DNA from: Octopus vulgaris
Taxonomy: Eukaryota
NCBI GenBank assembly: GCA_951406725.2
Contig: OX597824.1
Location: 35,774,001 to 35,838,000, forward strand
Length of the DNA: 64,000 nt
Direction: 5' to 3'
Below are positions 52,871 to 64,000 of this stretch, piece by piece. The first letter of the stretch is position 1. Each line of letters opens with the position of its first letter. The notes under the pieces are model-generated. The model ran no database searches. It saw only the letters and a program-made list of their open reading frames with translations, and had not been told where the DNA came from. The translations under genes and the position numbers were made by a program.

Positions 52871-52922
<52 letters not shown>

Positions 52923-53148
52923 TGTGTGTGTGTCTTTGTGTGTGTATCCGTCCACCACCACCGCTGGAAACTGGTGTTGGTATATTTCTGTCCCTGTAAC
53001 TTAGCGGATCGGCAAAAGACACCGATATAGTAAGTACCAGACTTGTAAAGAAAAGATGAACTGGAGGCGATTAGTTTGACTAAAATTTTTCAAGACAGTG
53101 CTCCAACATGGCCGCAGTCTAATGACTGAAACAATTGAAAGATAAAAC
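52345..53148. mobile_element. Antisense SINE A (52345-52560) and sense SINE B (52680-53148)
   Basis: Family motifs as above. Confidence 0.88.
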
Positions 53149-54225
53149 AATGTATTCTGTTCTACTAAAGAAAATGTTGATAACTCATAATAGATTTCTT
53201 TAGCTATTTAATCTGCTCCTGACATCATGAATTCGTCAATTCATCCATGTTATAGTATTCCGCTTTGGGTGACTCAAAATTAATGGAGAATAAGTAACGG
53301 GGGTAGATGTGCTAGTGTTGTTTAACCCCTTGTCAGCTCTGGGGTTAAACAACTGGCTTTACCATCACACGTGTCTCTACGACCGTGTAATCTAATTCTT
53401 CTAGTGGGTCACTATACGATTCTGTTTGGACTGTGGCCATGCTGGAGTACCGCCTTCCAATACTTTTAGTCGAATATATCGAACCCAGGGTTTATTTTAT
53501 TATCTTTTTGAATGTTCGAATTTATCTTTTGGCAAAAGATAAGTTTTAACCGTTATGTAACATACAGGCATCGTGGGAAGTTATTACATCTTGTAATTAT
53601 GTTCACATACAGGAAAAAAAAAAGCACATTGTCCTGACACATTTTGTGCTTTATACCCCATTCTTTAGAAAGCAAAAGTCCTTTTTCACCTTTCCGCTTA
53701 CGAAGAGAATTTCATAACAAGTGCTATTTCAACAAGTCACAAACTAATACTTATTTGTCCGTTTATGACGTGAATAATTTAAGATGTATGCACAAACATA
53801 TATAAAATACATATACATGTAAGCACACATACACAGTCATAAACACACAGACACATACTTTCCATGATGTAAGGTGTTATAAACTAACCAAAATAACATT
53901 AAATTTTATCTCAAATTTTCTAATACCTGCTGACTACTGCCTTGAGTAATTTATTGGTTTTATCAACGTGCACTTTCAAAACTCTTTCATATCTTTTTCA
54001 ACACCTGTTAAGACACCAATATTTACCTGTTTCTACTTTAAGCTTTACGCTATTCCTTCTCCAATTTTCAACAATTTGTTTTTGCTTTTTTGAAACTTCC
54101 CCCGTTTCATCAGAAATCTCCTTTTTATCTTTCTCTTCAAATAACTTTGGTTTCATTCTGTTACCCTTTCTCTGCATTCTCGTACACTTTTGTTACATTC
54201 TGCTACACCCTCTGTACATTTTGAT

Positions 54226-54282
<57 letters not shown>

Positions 54283-54320
54283 CTGCTACACCTTTTCTAC
54301 ATTCCTGTAACTTTTTCTAC

Positions 54321-54572
54321 ATTCTGCTACACTTTCTCTACATTCTCAAGCATTCTCTCTACAATCTAGAACATTTTCTCTACATTCTGCTACACTTTCT
54401 CTACAATCTCAAGCATTCTCTCTACAATCTAGATTATTTTCTCTACATTCTGCTACACTTTCTCTACATTCTCAAGCATTCTCTCTACAATCTTGAACAT
54501 TTTCTCTACATTCTGCTACACTTTCTCTACATTTTCAAGCATTCTCTCTCCAATCTAGAACATTTTCTCTAC
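54321..54572. repeat. Minisatellite: 63-bp higher-order unit (3 x 21 bp) x 4
   Basis: Unit ATTCTGCTACACTTTCTCTAC-ATTCTCAAGCATTCTCTCTAC-AATCTAGAACATTTTCTCTAC starts at 54321, 54384, 54447 and 54510; degenerate 21-mers extend over about 54160-54725. Confidence 0.93.
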
Positions 54573-55304
54573 ATTCTCATACACTTTTGGCATTTTCAAA
54601 CAATCTCATCATTCTTCTACATTTTCTCTACACTCTCGTCCACTTTCTCTATAGCCTGCTACTCGTCTTATATACATTCTACTACATTTTCTCTACATTC
54701 TTATACACTTTCTCTACATTCTTCCACACGCTGATGATTTCTACATCTTCCTAAAATGCTTCAAGTACATCTCCATTTCGCTATTTAGTGAAAAGTTCAT
54801 TTTCAATTCTATCATCCTTTAAGTTGTTCTGTCTAAACTTGTAGTCCGTTCCTTCTTCTTGTTAATTTTCAGTATTCACACAATTGTGCTTCTTTCACTA
54901 ATGATTCGCCTCTAATATCTGCATTCTGTGTTCTGTCACCTTGCAGCGATGTTTTAGGTTGACGATTTATCAAAATCGACAAAACATTTCCTGTCAGTTT
55001 TCACGATCAAGATACCAGTGATAATTTCTACATTTCTTTCTGTTAGATTATCAAGTCCTTCAAACAACAATTGCTAGAGAGAATTTTTCTCCATATCACT
55101 TAGAATCATTAGAGCGTCGGACAAAATATCTTGCGGTATTTTTTTCGTTCTGAATTTACATTTCACCGACACCGACTTCATCTTTCCTCCTTCTGGGGTC
55201 GATATAACAAAATACTAGTCAATTACTAAGGTCAATGTAATCAATTAAGCCTTCTTTCCAAATTTCAGGCTTTCTCCTTAATTCAGAATCAATCTTATCT
55301 TTTA

Positions 55305-55630
55305 TTTTTTTACTTGTTTCAGTTATTAGACTGCGGTCATACTGGGGCACTGCCTTGAAGAACTTTTACTTGAATGAATCGATCCCAGTATTTTTTAAAG
55401 TCTGGTACTTATTCTATCGATATTTTGTCGAACCGCTAAGTTACGGGGCATAGACACACAACCACAAATGGTGGGGGAGGACAAACACAGACGGAAAGAC
55501 ACACACATACTTATATATAGCCCGATGCCATAGTAGAAGACACTTGCCCAAGGTGCCACGCAGTGGGACTGAACGTGGAACTAAGTGATTGGGAAGCAAG
55601 CTTCTTACCACACAACCACACATGCGCCTA
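55305..55630 (-). mobile_element. SINE family B, antisense, internally deleted
   Basis: Tail and head recognisable. Confidence 0.82.
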
Positions 55631-55779
55631 TATTATATTTAGTTATTTATAGATTCGTAAGAAGCACAAATGCTAGTGTCTTATTACTCAGCTTTAAATT
55701 TCACTAAACACATTCTGCCGTTAGATTAATGTTTCCATTTTGATAATACACTCAAAACCTTTATATATTTATATTCATA

Positions 55780-56020
55780 ATAAAACTGCCCCTTCACGCC
55801 TTCCTCGGTATCATCTTCCCTTCCAGAGATTAAAAAAAAAAAGGTATTACCTTCTATCATGATAATCTCCAAGTCTACTTCCACTCACAGCCAACATACC
55901 AATTTTGGATTATCCCACCATCTTAATTTGCGCCAATCTATCATCCTGCCGCAATGAACGGGCGTTCCATGTCCCAGTACGTATTATCGTATTTGGATTT
56001 AAAATACAAGACGTTCTTAG
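55780..56020 (-). mobile_element. RTE-type LINE apurinic-like endonuclease N-terminal fragment
   Basis: Minus strand reads IIRTGTWNARSLRQDDRLAQI...IGMLAVSGSR ... GNTFFF.SGREDDTEEG, matching GTWNVRSL, I.A.SE.R and FYSG motifs. Confidence 0.75.
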
Positions 56021-56213
56021 CCCCTCTGCTTTCCCAGAATCTAGGACCATTTATTTAAAGTGAAGTGAGTCTCGGAAGCATTTCGGTAATTAACCTTAAA
56101 CGTTTTGTAGTACATAAAAGTTGCAGGTGATATAGCCGTTTAGTAAACAATTATTTGGAGTAGTGGTGGGTTCCGTGAAAACACGAATCCATTGCATGCG
56201 ATACTTTTGGTAC

Positions 56214-56272
<59 letters not shown>

Positions 56273-56791
56273 AATAGTGTATCCCTTGTAGAACCTTTCT
56301 TTACCATTTGGTCAATCACTTAAAAATATAACCTTTTATTTTATGGTTTGTCGGTCACAATATACTTATATTTTTTAATTACACATTTGTTTACATTTAT
56401 ATGATCAAAACTTTAACAGTTGACATTTTCTAATTAAAATAAGGGCAGTTAATTATGCTAGCCTATCTATTGTAATTGGTACGTTGTGGTTAGGAACAAT
56501 AGTCAGTGGGCTCTTTTTGTAGAGAGGAAAGCGTATGGATGACAGAACCAAACGTTGAGGTAGTTCGGTGTTAATGGAACATAAGTCTGGGAGAGAAGGA
56601 AACGTTCTGATAGGAAGTTTCCCGGAGAAGCAAAATATTTTCAGCCTCAAAAGTGAGGGTTTCCAGGAGACTTATGCGAAACAAAGTGGATAAATAAATG
56701 GCTGTTGGTACGTAGCTTAGGAAAATAGGTTTTCGAGTGATCCTTAAGAAGACCGCCTAACAAAACTACTCAGCAACAAAAGTAATCGTTC

Positions 56792-57005
56792 AAGACGGCG
56801 CGCTAGAAGAATCGTTAACATGCCGGACAAAATGCTTTGCGGCATTTCGTCCGACTTTACTTCTGAGTTCAAATGCCGTCGAGGTCCACTTTGCCTTATC
56901 ATCCTTTCGAAGTCGATAAAATGAGTACCAGTTGAACAATGGAGTCGATGTAATCGACTAACCCACTCTCCCGATCTTGCTAGCCTTGTGCCAAAATTTG
57001 AAACC
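56792..57005 (+). mobile_element. SINE family A, diverged
   Basis: Head, core and alternative tail. Confidence 0.82.
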
Positions 57006-57791
57006 AATAAAAGTAATTGGTTAGTAACGTTTTTATGACTTCCGAGGTGACTGAGGTGAGAACATTTTTACTGATGTGACTGGAAAGCCACATTGTTTCT
57101 ATTCCATCACGGATTCCATTCATGATCAAAAACAAAAACAAAAAACAAAACACTTGATATAGTATACTTCGTTATAAATAGGTGTCAAGACTATGTACGA
57201 CCTACAGATGTAAACTGCGAAATTATTGTACAATTAACTCGAGTTGCATTTAATTTTTAGTTCGTGTGCTGTAATAAAACCGGCTATGAGCTAACAAGTA
57301 GCTGCATCTGTACTATATATAGCTGTACAATCATCTCGGCTAACCTGGCTTGTTTCTGAATCTGACTGGATGTTTGTTCAAGCTGGCGTGCTACAATCTT
57401 ATCCCATGATAAACTAATCATATACTCACACATCTACCACGAAGTGGATATCTTACTCAACTCAAGGTGTTCTGTAAAGACAAACGATATATACAGAATT
57501 AATAGACATGGAATATAAATTATGTTTATTTACATAATATCTTCAGAGTATCATATTGAAGTAATGTTAGAGTTATGGTGGACAGATGTTTTTTCCCTCT
57601 TTATTTCCTCTCATATGACTGCAGATGTAACAACGTGCTTGGCACACATTCACTGTGGTATGGAAGACAGATGTTCAACGTAGAATATCGTTTGGGGAGA
57701 TTTGTTTTTAGTGTTCTGATACATTACTGTATTCGGATATCGATCACTTTATATGTATAAGTGCGAAAATATTCGTGAGTGTGTTTACATA

Positions 57792-58200
57792 GGCGCAGGA
57801 GTGGCTGTGTGGTAAGTAGCTTGCTAACCAACCACATGGTTCCGGGTTCAGTCCCACTGCGTGGCATCTTGGGCAAGTGTCTTCTGCTATAGCCCCGGGC
57901 CGACCAATGCCTTGTGAGTGGATTTGGTAGACGGAAACTGAAAGAGGCCTGTCGTATATATGTTTATATATATAAGTGTGTGTGTATATGTTTGTGTGTC
58001 TGTGTTTGTTCCCCTAGCATTGCTTGACAACCGATGCAGGTGTGTTTCGTACCCGTCACTTAGCGGTTCGGCAAAAAGAGACCGATAGAATAAGTACTGG
58101 GCTTACAAAGAATAAGTCCCGGGGTCGATTTGCTCGACTAAAGGCGGTGCTCCAGCATGGCCGCAGTCAAATGACTGAAACAAGTTAAAGAGTAAAAGAG
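57792..58200 (+). mobile_element. SINE family B, full length, near consensus
   Basis: Highly similar to 12959-13401. Confidence 0.93.
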
Positions 58201-58259
58201 TATACACTAACACAAATACATACACCCAAAAATTTCTGGCCTTATGCCTAGAGTAGAAA

Positions 58260-58833
58260 AGATCTTAGAGAGAGCTCATATCGCCGAAGGAAGTTATCCA
58301 ACCAATGCGGTAATACTTTGAATATCTCTGGAGGTATATCTATCTGTGGTGCCATTGCAAGAACAAATTCATTAAATATCGGCCCTGCGTACAACCAAAG
58401 CCTTTATTTTTCTGTCAGCAATCCATCCCGAAGGAATATCTTCTAGCTCCGAAAATATCGGTTGTCGACCTGATCCACACTTGCGCTTCTTAGCAATTCC
58501 CTCACTCACCTGTTTGCTGAGATTAACGTAGTCTGCTTGCCATTTTCGAACCATTCAGGGCATCCAGCATCTTCTCCTTACAAAAAAGCCGTAAGATTCT
58601 TGTTATGTGGCTCTTCCACAATTCCTTTCTTGTACTCCACGGAATAACTCTTTCATTTCGCATTCATCTTGCCTGGGGGACAAGGCAGTCAAGAAGCAAA
58701 GAGAGTCAACTCCGTGCATGCGCTCAGCGCAGACTTTAGCCAAGTTGCGATAGTTGGTTTGTTTTGCAAACATCACATGTTCTTGCTAACAAGCTGATGC
58801 ATTTTTGACTAAGTCTTATTTCCGGGGAAACAC

Positions 58834-58835
<2 letters not shown>
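58260..58835 (-). mobile_element. pogo/Tigger-type DNA transposon, 5' part (TIR plus transposase N-terminus)
   Basis: TIR CCGTGTTTCCCCGGAAATAAGAC starts at 58835. Minus strand reads MNAK*KSYSVEYKKGIV...MVRKWQ...KRKCGSGRQPIFSELED..WIADR...FKVLPHWLDNFLRRYELSLR (Brinker-like plus CENP-B-type HTH domains) with stops and frameshifts. Confidence 0.88.
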
Positions 58836-58891
<56 letters not shown>

Positions 58892-58963
58892 TGTCTGTCT
58901 GTGTGTTTGTGTATGTGTGTTCATATGTATATATATATGTATATGTGTGTATATTAAATATAT

Positions 58964-59275
58964 GTGGAGGCGCAGTGGCCCAGTGGTTAGGGCAGCGGAC
59001 TCGTGGTCGTAGGATCGCGGTTTCGATTCCCAGACCGGGCGTTGTGAGTGTTTTTTGAGCGAAAACACCTAAAGCTCCACGAGACTCCGACAGGGGGTGG
59101 TGGCGATCCCTGCTGTACTCTTTCGCCACAACTTTCTCACATTTTTTCTTCTGTTGGCCTGCTCGCTTAGCCAGCGAGGTGGCGTCATTTCAAGGCTAAA
59201 ACAATGCGAAGCGTATTGTGACCAGCGATGTGTAGCAACATCTGATAACCTGGTCGGTTACGGTGATACGGTGAT
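58964..59275 (+). mobile_element. tRNA-derived SINE family D
   Basis: Head GGAGGCGCAGTGGCCCAGTGGTTAGGGCAGCGGACTC...GGTTTCGATTCCC with A and B boxes; tail ends GGTGATACGGTGATA. Confidence 0.85.
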
Positions 59276-59993
59276 ATGTGTGTGTATATATATATGGGTG
59301 TGTATATGCGTGTGTGGTGATTAAATCTCTCGATTCTCAAAGATTTTCACTCGATCCTCTCAGGCAACAATAAATGATATTCTTCTGTTGTGTTTTATTT
59401 CATATTTTATTATTTTGTCATCTTCTCGAGTCGAGTATTTTGAGAAATATGAGCTGCGCACAAATACGTACTCCCTCTCTTTCTCTCTCTCTCTCCCTCC
59501 CTCTCTCCTCTCCTCCTCTCCCTCTGTCTCTCTTTCTCCCTTTCTCTCGTGCGCACGCTTGTGCATGCGTGCGTGGCAACTTGTTTAAACGAAATGTAAC
59601 TTTGAGAAAGTGTTTAACAAATAATTATAATTCCTCAGGTTTACGATAGAAGTTTAGACTGAAGGAATGAAACAAGAAGAACCGATCACTGATATATTTT
59701 ATTAAAAAAAAACGTATCTGTATCACAAGTACACAGTCTCTTTTGTAGCCGACATTTATCTCTATAACCTTTCAATTCATCAGTTAATGGCGGGAAAGCA
59801 TTCTTTGAGATTACTGAATATATAGCCGTCGGTCATGTGGGCGAAGATGTAAAAAAAATGATCTGGATTGACTGGGATCGATAAATGTACCGAAGTGAGC
59901 GTAGTGATATGTATCCAAAATAATATTATCTTTCGAGACAGAGAACAACCCTGGGGCAGAGAACAACCAGGAAAAAGAAGTGCTCAGCATGGA

Positions 59994-60035
<42 letters not shown>

Positions 60036-60060
60036 TGTGTGTGTGTCCATATAAACATAC

Positions 60061-60755
60061 ATGATGATGATGATGATGGTGGTTGTCCACTCGTGACCGA
60101 GGAAGATCGTCATTGACCCATTACCCATGCAAAATGCCAACAATTCCCGTACATGACGTCATTAGACCAGCAGTTGGCTTCACCCGGGGTTCCCGTCTAC
60201 GGCTTCCATACTCGCCGCGGTGCCCTCCTTGCTTGATCGGGCATCGGATAGTTGCATCGCCGGCGATTGTGCAGTCTCAAATTTTAGGACTAATCAGGCT
60301 TGTACAACATCTCACAGACCCTCTCCATCCTATTAACAGGATCCAGAGAGCCAAGGCAAAATATCCAGTGCTACTATGGTTCACAGGCTCAGAAATATGA
60401 GATTGTCATGATCTGAAGCGCAAGCAAAAGATCCCCAAAATGTCCACTGCTATTCCCTGCACATCTTGTTTTATGTCTGAGTAACCTTCTCCTAGAAACA
60501 TGCTTTAGCAAAAGCTAAGGGGTACCTCACTCCCATTGGTCTTCCAGCACGCTGGACACCAACCCGGAATTTCTGAGGGTCCGTACTATTACTAGACAGT
60601 TGCTGAACCTACACTACGTTCACCCCTCCTTTTGACAGGTCGCAGGGAAGCTAATGGATGTACCGGGTTAGTCACCGACGACCCGACTGTGCAACAGGTG
60701 ATACTGGATTCCATATATCAGCAGCACGCATGAAACACCTCATAAGTGACCTGAC
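60061..60755 (-). mobile_element. Probable non-autonomous RTE-type LINE derivative
   Basis: GC-richer block whose minus strand ends GATCTTCCTCGGTCACGAGTGGACAACCAC(CAT)n, resembling RTE/BovB-type 3' ends from recall. No coding remnant was recognised. Confidence 0.45.
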
Positions 60756-60756
60756 A

Positions 60757-60792
<36 letters not shown>

Positions 60793-60802
60793 TACATACA
60801 TC

Positions 60803-61173
60803 GTGGCACTCCGTCGGTTACGACGATGAGGGTTCCACTTGATCCGATCAACAGAACAGCCTGCTCGTGATATCAACGTGCAAGTGACTGAGCACTCCAC
60901 AGACACGTGTACTCTTAACCTAGTTCTCGGGGAGATTCAGCGTGACATAGAGTGTGACAAGGCTGGCCCTTTGAAATACAGGTACAACAGAAACAGGAAG
61001 AAAGAGTGAGAGAAAGTTGTGGTGAAAGAACACAGCAGGGTTCGCCACCACCCCATGCCGGAGCCTTCGTTGAGCTTTAGGTGTTTTCGCTCAATAAACA
61101 CTCACAACGCCCGGTTTGGGAATCGAAACCGCGATCCTATGACCGTCTTAATCACTGGGCCATTGTGCCTCCA
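60803..61173 (-). mobile_element. SINE with family D head and family C tail
   Basis: 60995-61173 is the reverse complement of 58964-59150; 60803-60985 is the reverse complement of the tail at 20300-20480. Confidence 0.87.
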
Positions 61174-61349
61174 CATACATACATACATACATACATACAT
61201 ACATACATACATACATACATACATACATACATACATACATACATACATACATCATATTATATTTATATAACGTTATATTATATCATATTACTTTACATTG
61301 TATTATATATTATTTAAAACAGTTTGATTTGGCTCCCTGCGACTCTAAG

Positions 61350-61388
<39 letters not shown>

Positions 61389-61754
61389 TGTGTGCGTGTG
61401 TGTGTGTGTGCGCGCGTGCTTGCGTGTGTGTGTGCGTTTGAACCTACCACAGCTTGACAACTAGTGTGAGTGTGTTGACATCTCCATGACTTAGCGGTTC
61501 GGCAAAAGAAACCGAAAGAACAAGTACCAGGCTTAAAAAAAAAAAAAAGTACTGGAGTTGATTCGTTAGACTAAAAATTCTTCAAGGCGGTGCTCCAGCA
61601 TGGCCGCCGTCTAATGACTGAAATAAGGTTTTAAAAAATATAAAAGAAAAGATAAACTTCATTAAGCTTTCTAAATTAGTAATGTGGATATTTATTGATT
61701 CATTTTATACTTCTCCGTGACATTTAGTATTTAAGAGAACTCATTTCCGGCAGC

Positions 61755-61970
61755 TTACTCTTTTACTTGTTTCAGTCATTTGACTGCGGCCATGCTGGAG
61801 CACCGCCTTTAGTCGAGCAAATCGACCCCAGTACTTATTCTTTGTAAGCCTAGTACTTATTCTATCGTTCTCTTTTGCCGAACCACTAGATTACGGGGAC
61901 GTAAGCACACCAGCATCGGTTGTCAAGCGATGTTGAGGGGACAAGCACAGACACACAAACATATGTACAA

Positions 61971-62017
<47 letters not shown>

Positions 62018-62190
62018 CATATATACGACGGGCTTCTTTCAATTTCCGTAAACCAAATCCACTCACAAGGCTTTGGTCGGCCCGAAGCTATAGTAGAAGA
62101 CACTTGCTCAAGGTGCTACGCAGTGGGACTGAACCCGGAACCATGTGGTTCGTAAGCAAGCTACTTACCACACAGCCGCTCCTACGCCTA
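61755..62190 (-). mobile_element. SINE family B, full-length antisense
   Basis: Near-consensus reverse complement; a sense 3' half lies just upstream at about 61440-61630. Confidence 0.92.
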
Positions 62191-62772
62191 TATATTTTAT
62201 AAGTGTTATATTACGAGATGGTCATTTTTTTCATGCCAAATAGGCATACGCGCTATATATTCGTTCTTCACTTGTTTATTGTTTTTCTTATTTTATGTCC
62301 ATTGTCCGGAAATCTTTCGTCGCACATCCTGTGACCTCTTCAGCAACTCTCCACCTCACGTGTCTCCTCCTGTTCCGTTTAGTCCTTCTATTTTATTATT
62401 GCTTTTAAATAATGATCTCTTTCTCAGACATCATTTATCTGACGCACTGTTATAGTACCGATTCCAAATCTGTCACAAAGAATTTGAAACAAAAATATAC
62501 TATAGTTACAATTTAGCTATCCGTTATCTTTAATCTGGTAGTATTGGTTAGTCTATAACACCGAAACATATCCAGAGTTTTCATCTTTATGCCAACGGAT
62601 GCTTATTTTCTTTTTTAATAGTTAATTATTTTTAATTTACATTAGAATTAATCATAGCACTATCGATATTTTTTTCCCAAACCACGGATGGAATTTTTCG
62701 TTATTGAAATTCGTTGACTCTCCGCAATAAGTATGTTAGTACCATCTTATCTAACCTAAGTCCGTAGTCTTG

Positions 62773-62807
<35 letters not shown>

Positions 62808-63184
62808 AGTTTCTATCGAAGATGCGTATCGCCTTCACCTTCGAAACGCAGATTAGATGAAACCATGGCGACTGAAGAAGGGGAATTTTCCTTGTGTTAT
62901 TTGTCCTGTACTCTATTTTTTCGTTGTTTAAGAAAAATGTCCAGTTCTTGGTTTTGTGTTTATGTTTTCGTTTCTCATTGTGTTCGACGTTTTTTTGGTG
63001 TCCTGTACCCATATATGCGTGTATATATACATGTAGAGGTAGGTACGTACATATATGTATGTATATATGCATATGTTTTATTTATTTATTTATTATATAT
63101 GTATGTATTTAATAATATTTATTACACTAGAGCTGCTTTTATTTTATATGTAATATATATACGCCCCAAAACATGTATGTATGC

Positions 63185-63250
<66 letters not shown>

Positions 63251-63504
63251 TATATAAAGAGAGAGATACATTTTTACGCTCGCTAGAGTTTCCATTTGTT
63301 TATATATTTTGTTGTTATTCAAAAACCTCGCTGAGTCACGTAACCCTCCCAGCGACCCAGAATGTTTATCTGGGTGATGAATTATGCTTGGTACCATAAA
63401 CTGTTGCGGTCTGTGCCAAGGTTGAATTATCGTGCTCCACTTATTAAAGCGTCTTTCCTTCACCTGCTTACATTTGCTGTATTTCAACATTTCTTCATAG
63501 TAAA

Positions 63505-63715
63505 AAGCGGCGAGTTGGAAGAATCGTTAGCACACCGGGCAAAATGCTTAGCGGCATTTTGTCCGTCTTTACGATCTCAGTTCAAATTCCGCCGCGACCG
63601 ACTTTGCCTTTCATCTTCTGGGAGTCGATAAAATAAGTACTAGTTGAGCACTGGGGTCGATGTAATTGACTGTCCTCCTCCTCCAAATTCAGGACTTGTG
63701 CCTATAGTAGAAAGG
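63505..63715 (+). mobile_element. SINE family A, diverged
   Basis: Head, core and alternative tail. Confidence 0.85.
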
Positions 63716-63724
63716 GTCTCACAG

Positions 63725-63897
63725 AGTCTTTTTCCACGATACTTCACATCCAAGTACCAATCTCAAAATCCTCGCTGTGCCCAATAAAGTAGTTTTCTGA
63801 GCATCTTCTACTCGCCTAACCCCAATTTCTCCCACAAATTTCTCAAACCTGGTTGTTAATGCATCTAATGCCACAACTACTGGGATGACAATTACTC

Positions 63898-63898
<1 letters not shown>
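63725..63898 (-). mobile_element. R4/Dong-clade non-LTR retrotransposon C-terminal fragment abutting (TAA)n
   Basis: Minus strand reads RVIVIPVVVALDALTTRFEK/VGEIGVRRVEDAQKTTLLGTARILRLVLG, matching VIPVVIGALG...QK..LLGTARILRKVL; a (TTA)n tract lies at 63899-63956. Confidence 0.85.
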
Positions 63899-63956
<58 letters not shown>

Positions 63957-64000
63957 TCTTATACGCACAACAGGTTAGACTGTCTGGTAAAAGTCCTAAT

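Noticed and set aside
57425-57485. Minus-strand 42-nt segment with good acceptor and GTGAGT donor
   Set aside because: All three frames contain stop codons and no partner exon is evident; it could only be non-coding and is unsupported.
60598-60662. HDV-like ribozyme fragment (ACGUUCA ... GCUAA-UGGAUGU)
   Set aside because: P3 and P1 partner strands cannot be found, and it lies antisense to the inferred element orientation.
62805-62890. GAAAC followed by CTGAAGA in a repeat-like segment (permuted hammerhead?)
   Set aside because: Stems I and III cannot be formed convincingly.

Overview
AT-rich, repeat-saturated animal genomic DNA. The SINE families and the very high density of (TA)n, (CA)n, (TATG)n, (GATA)n and (ATT)n tracts look like coleoid cephalopod DNA, most likely Octopus; this rests on pattern recall, not a database search. 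Almost all ORFs in the supplied track are artefacts of microsatellites or SINEs, and no complete intact protein-coding gene can be supported. What can be supported: (1) an intronless, frameshifted C3HC4 RING plus TRAF-like zinc-finger gene copy on the minus strand (about 33331-33776); (2) dozens of tRNA-derived SINEs from at least five families, some with target-site duplications (TSDs), tandem multimers, nesting and head/tail swapping; (3) decayed non-LTR retrotransposons (R4/Dong-type, CR1-type, RTE-type, CRE-type); (4) DNA transposon relics (mariner, maT/rosa-like Tc1/mariner, pogo, hAT MITE, other MITEs or foldbacks, a probable Helitron end, a possible Merlin); (5) several short Penelope-like repeats carrying minimal hammerhead-ribozyme motifs. 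Weaker candidates are a plus-strand first exon ending ATG-A|GTAAGT near 30071 and a GC-rich coding-like island near 14.0-14.5 kb. The most unusual structures are the hammerhead-bearing repeats, a SINE multimer junction that recurs at independent loci, a 160-bp apparent TSD, and a duplicated 140-bp structured element with compensatory base changes.
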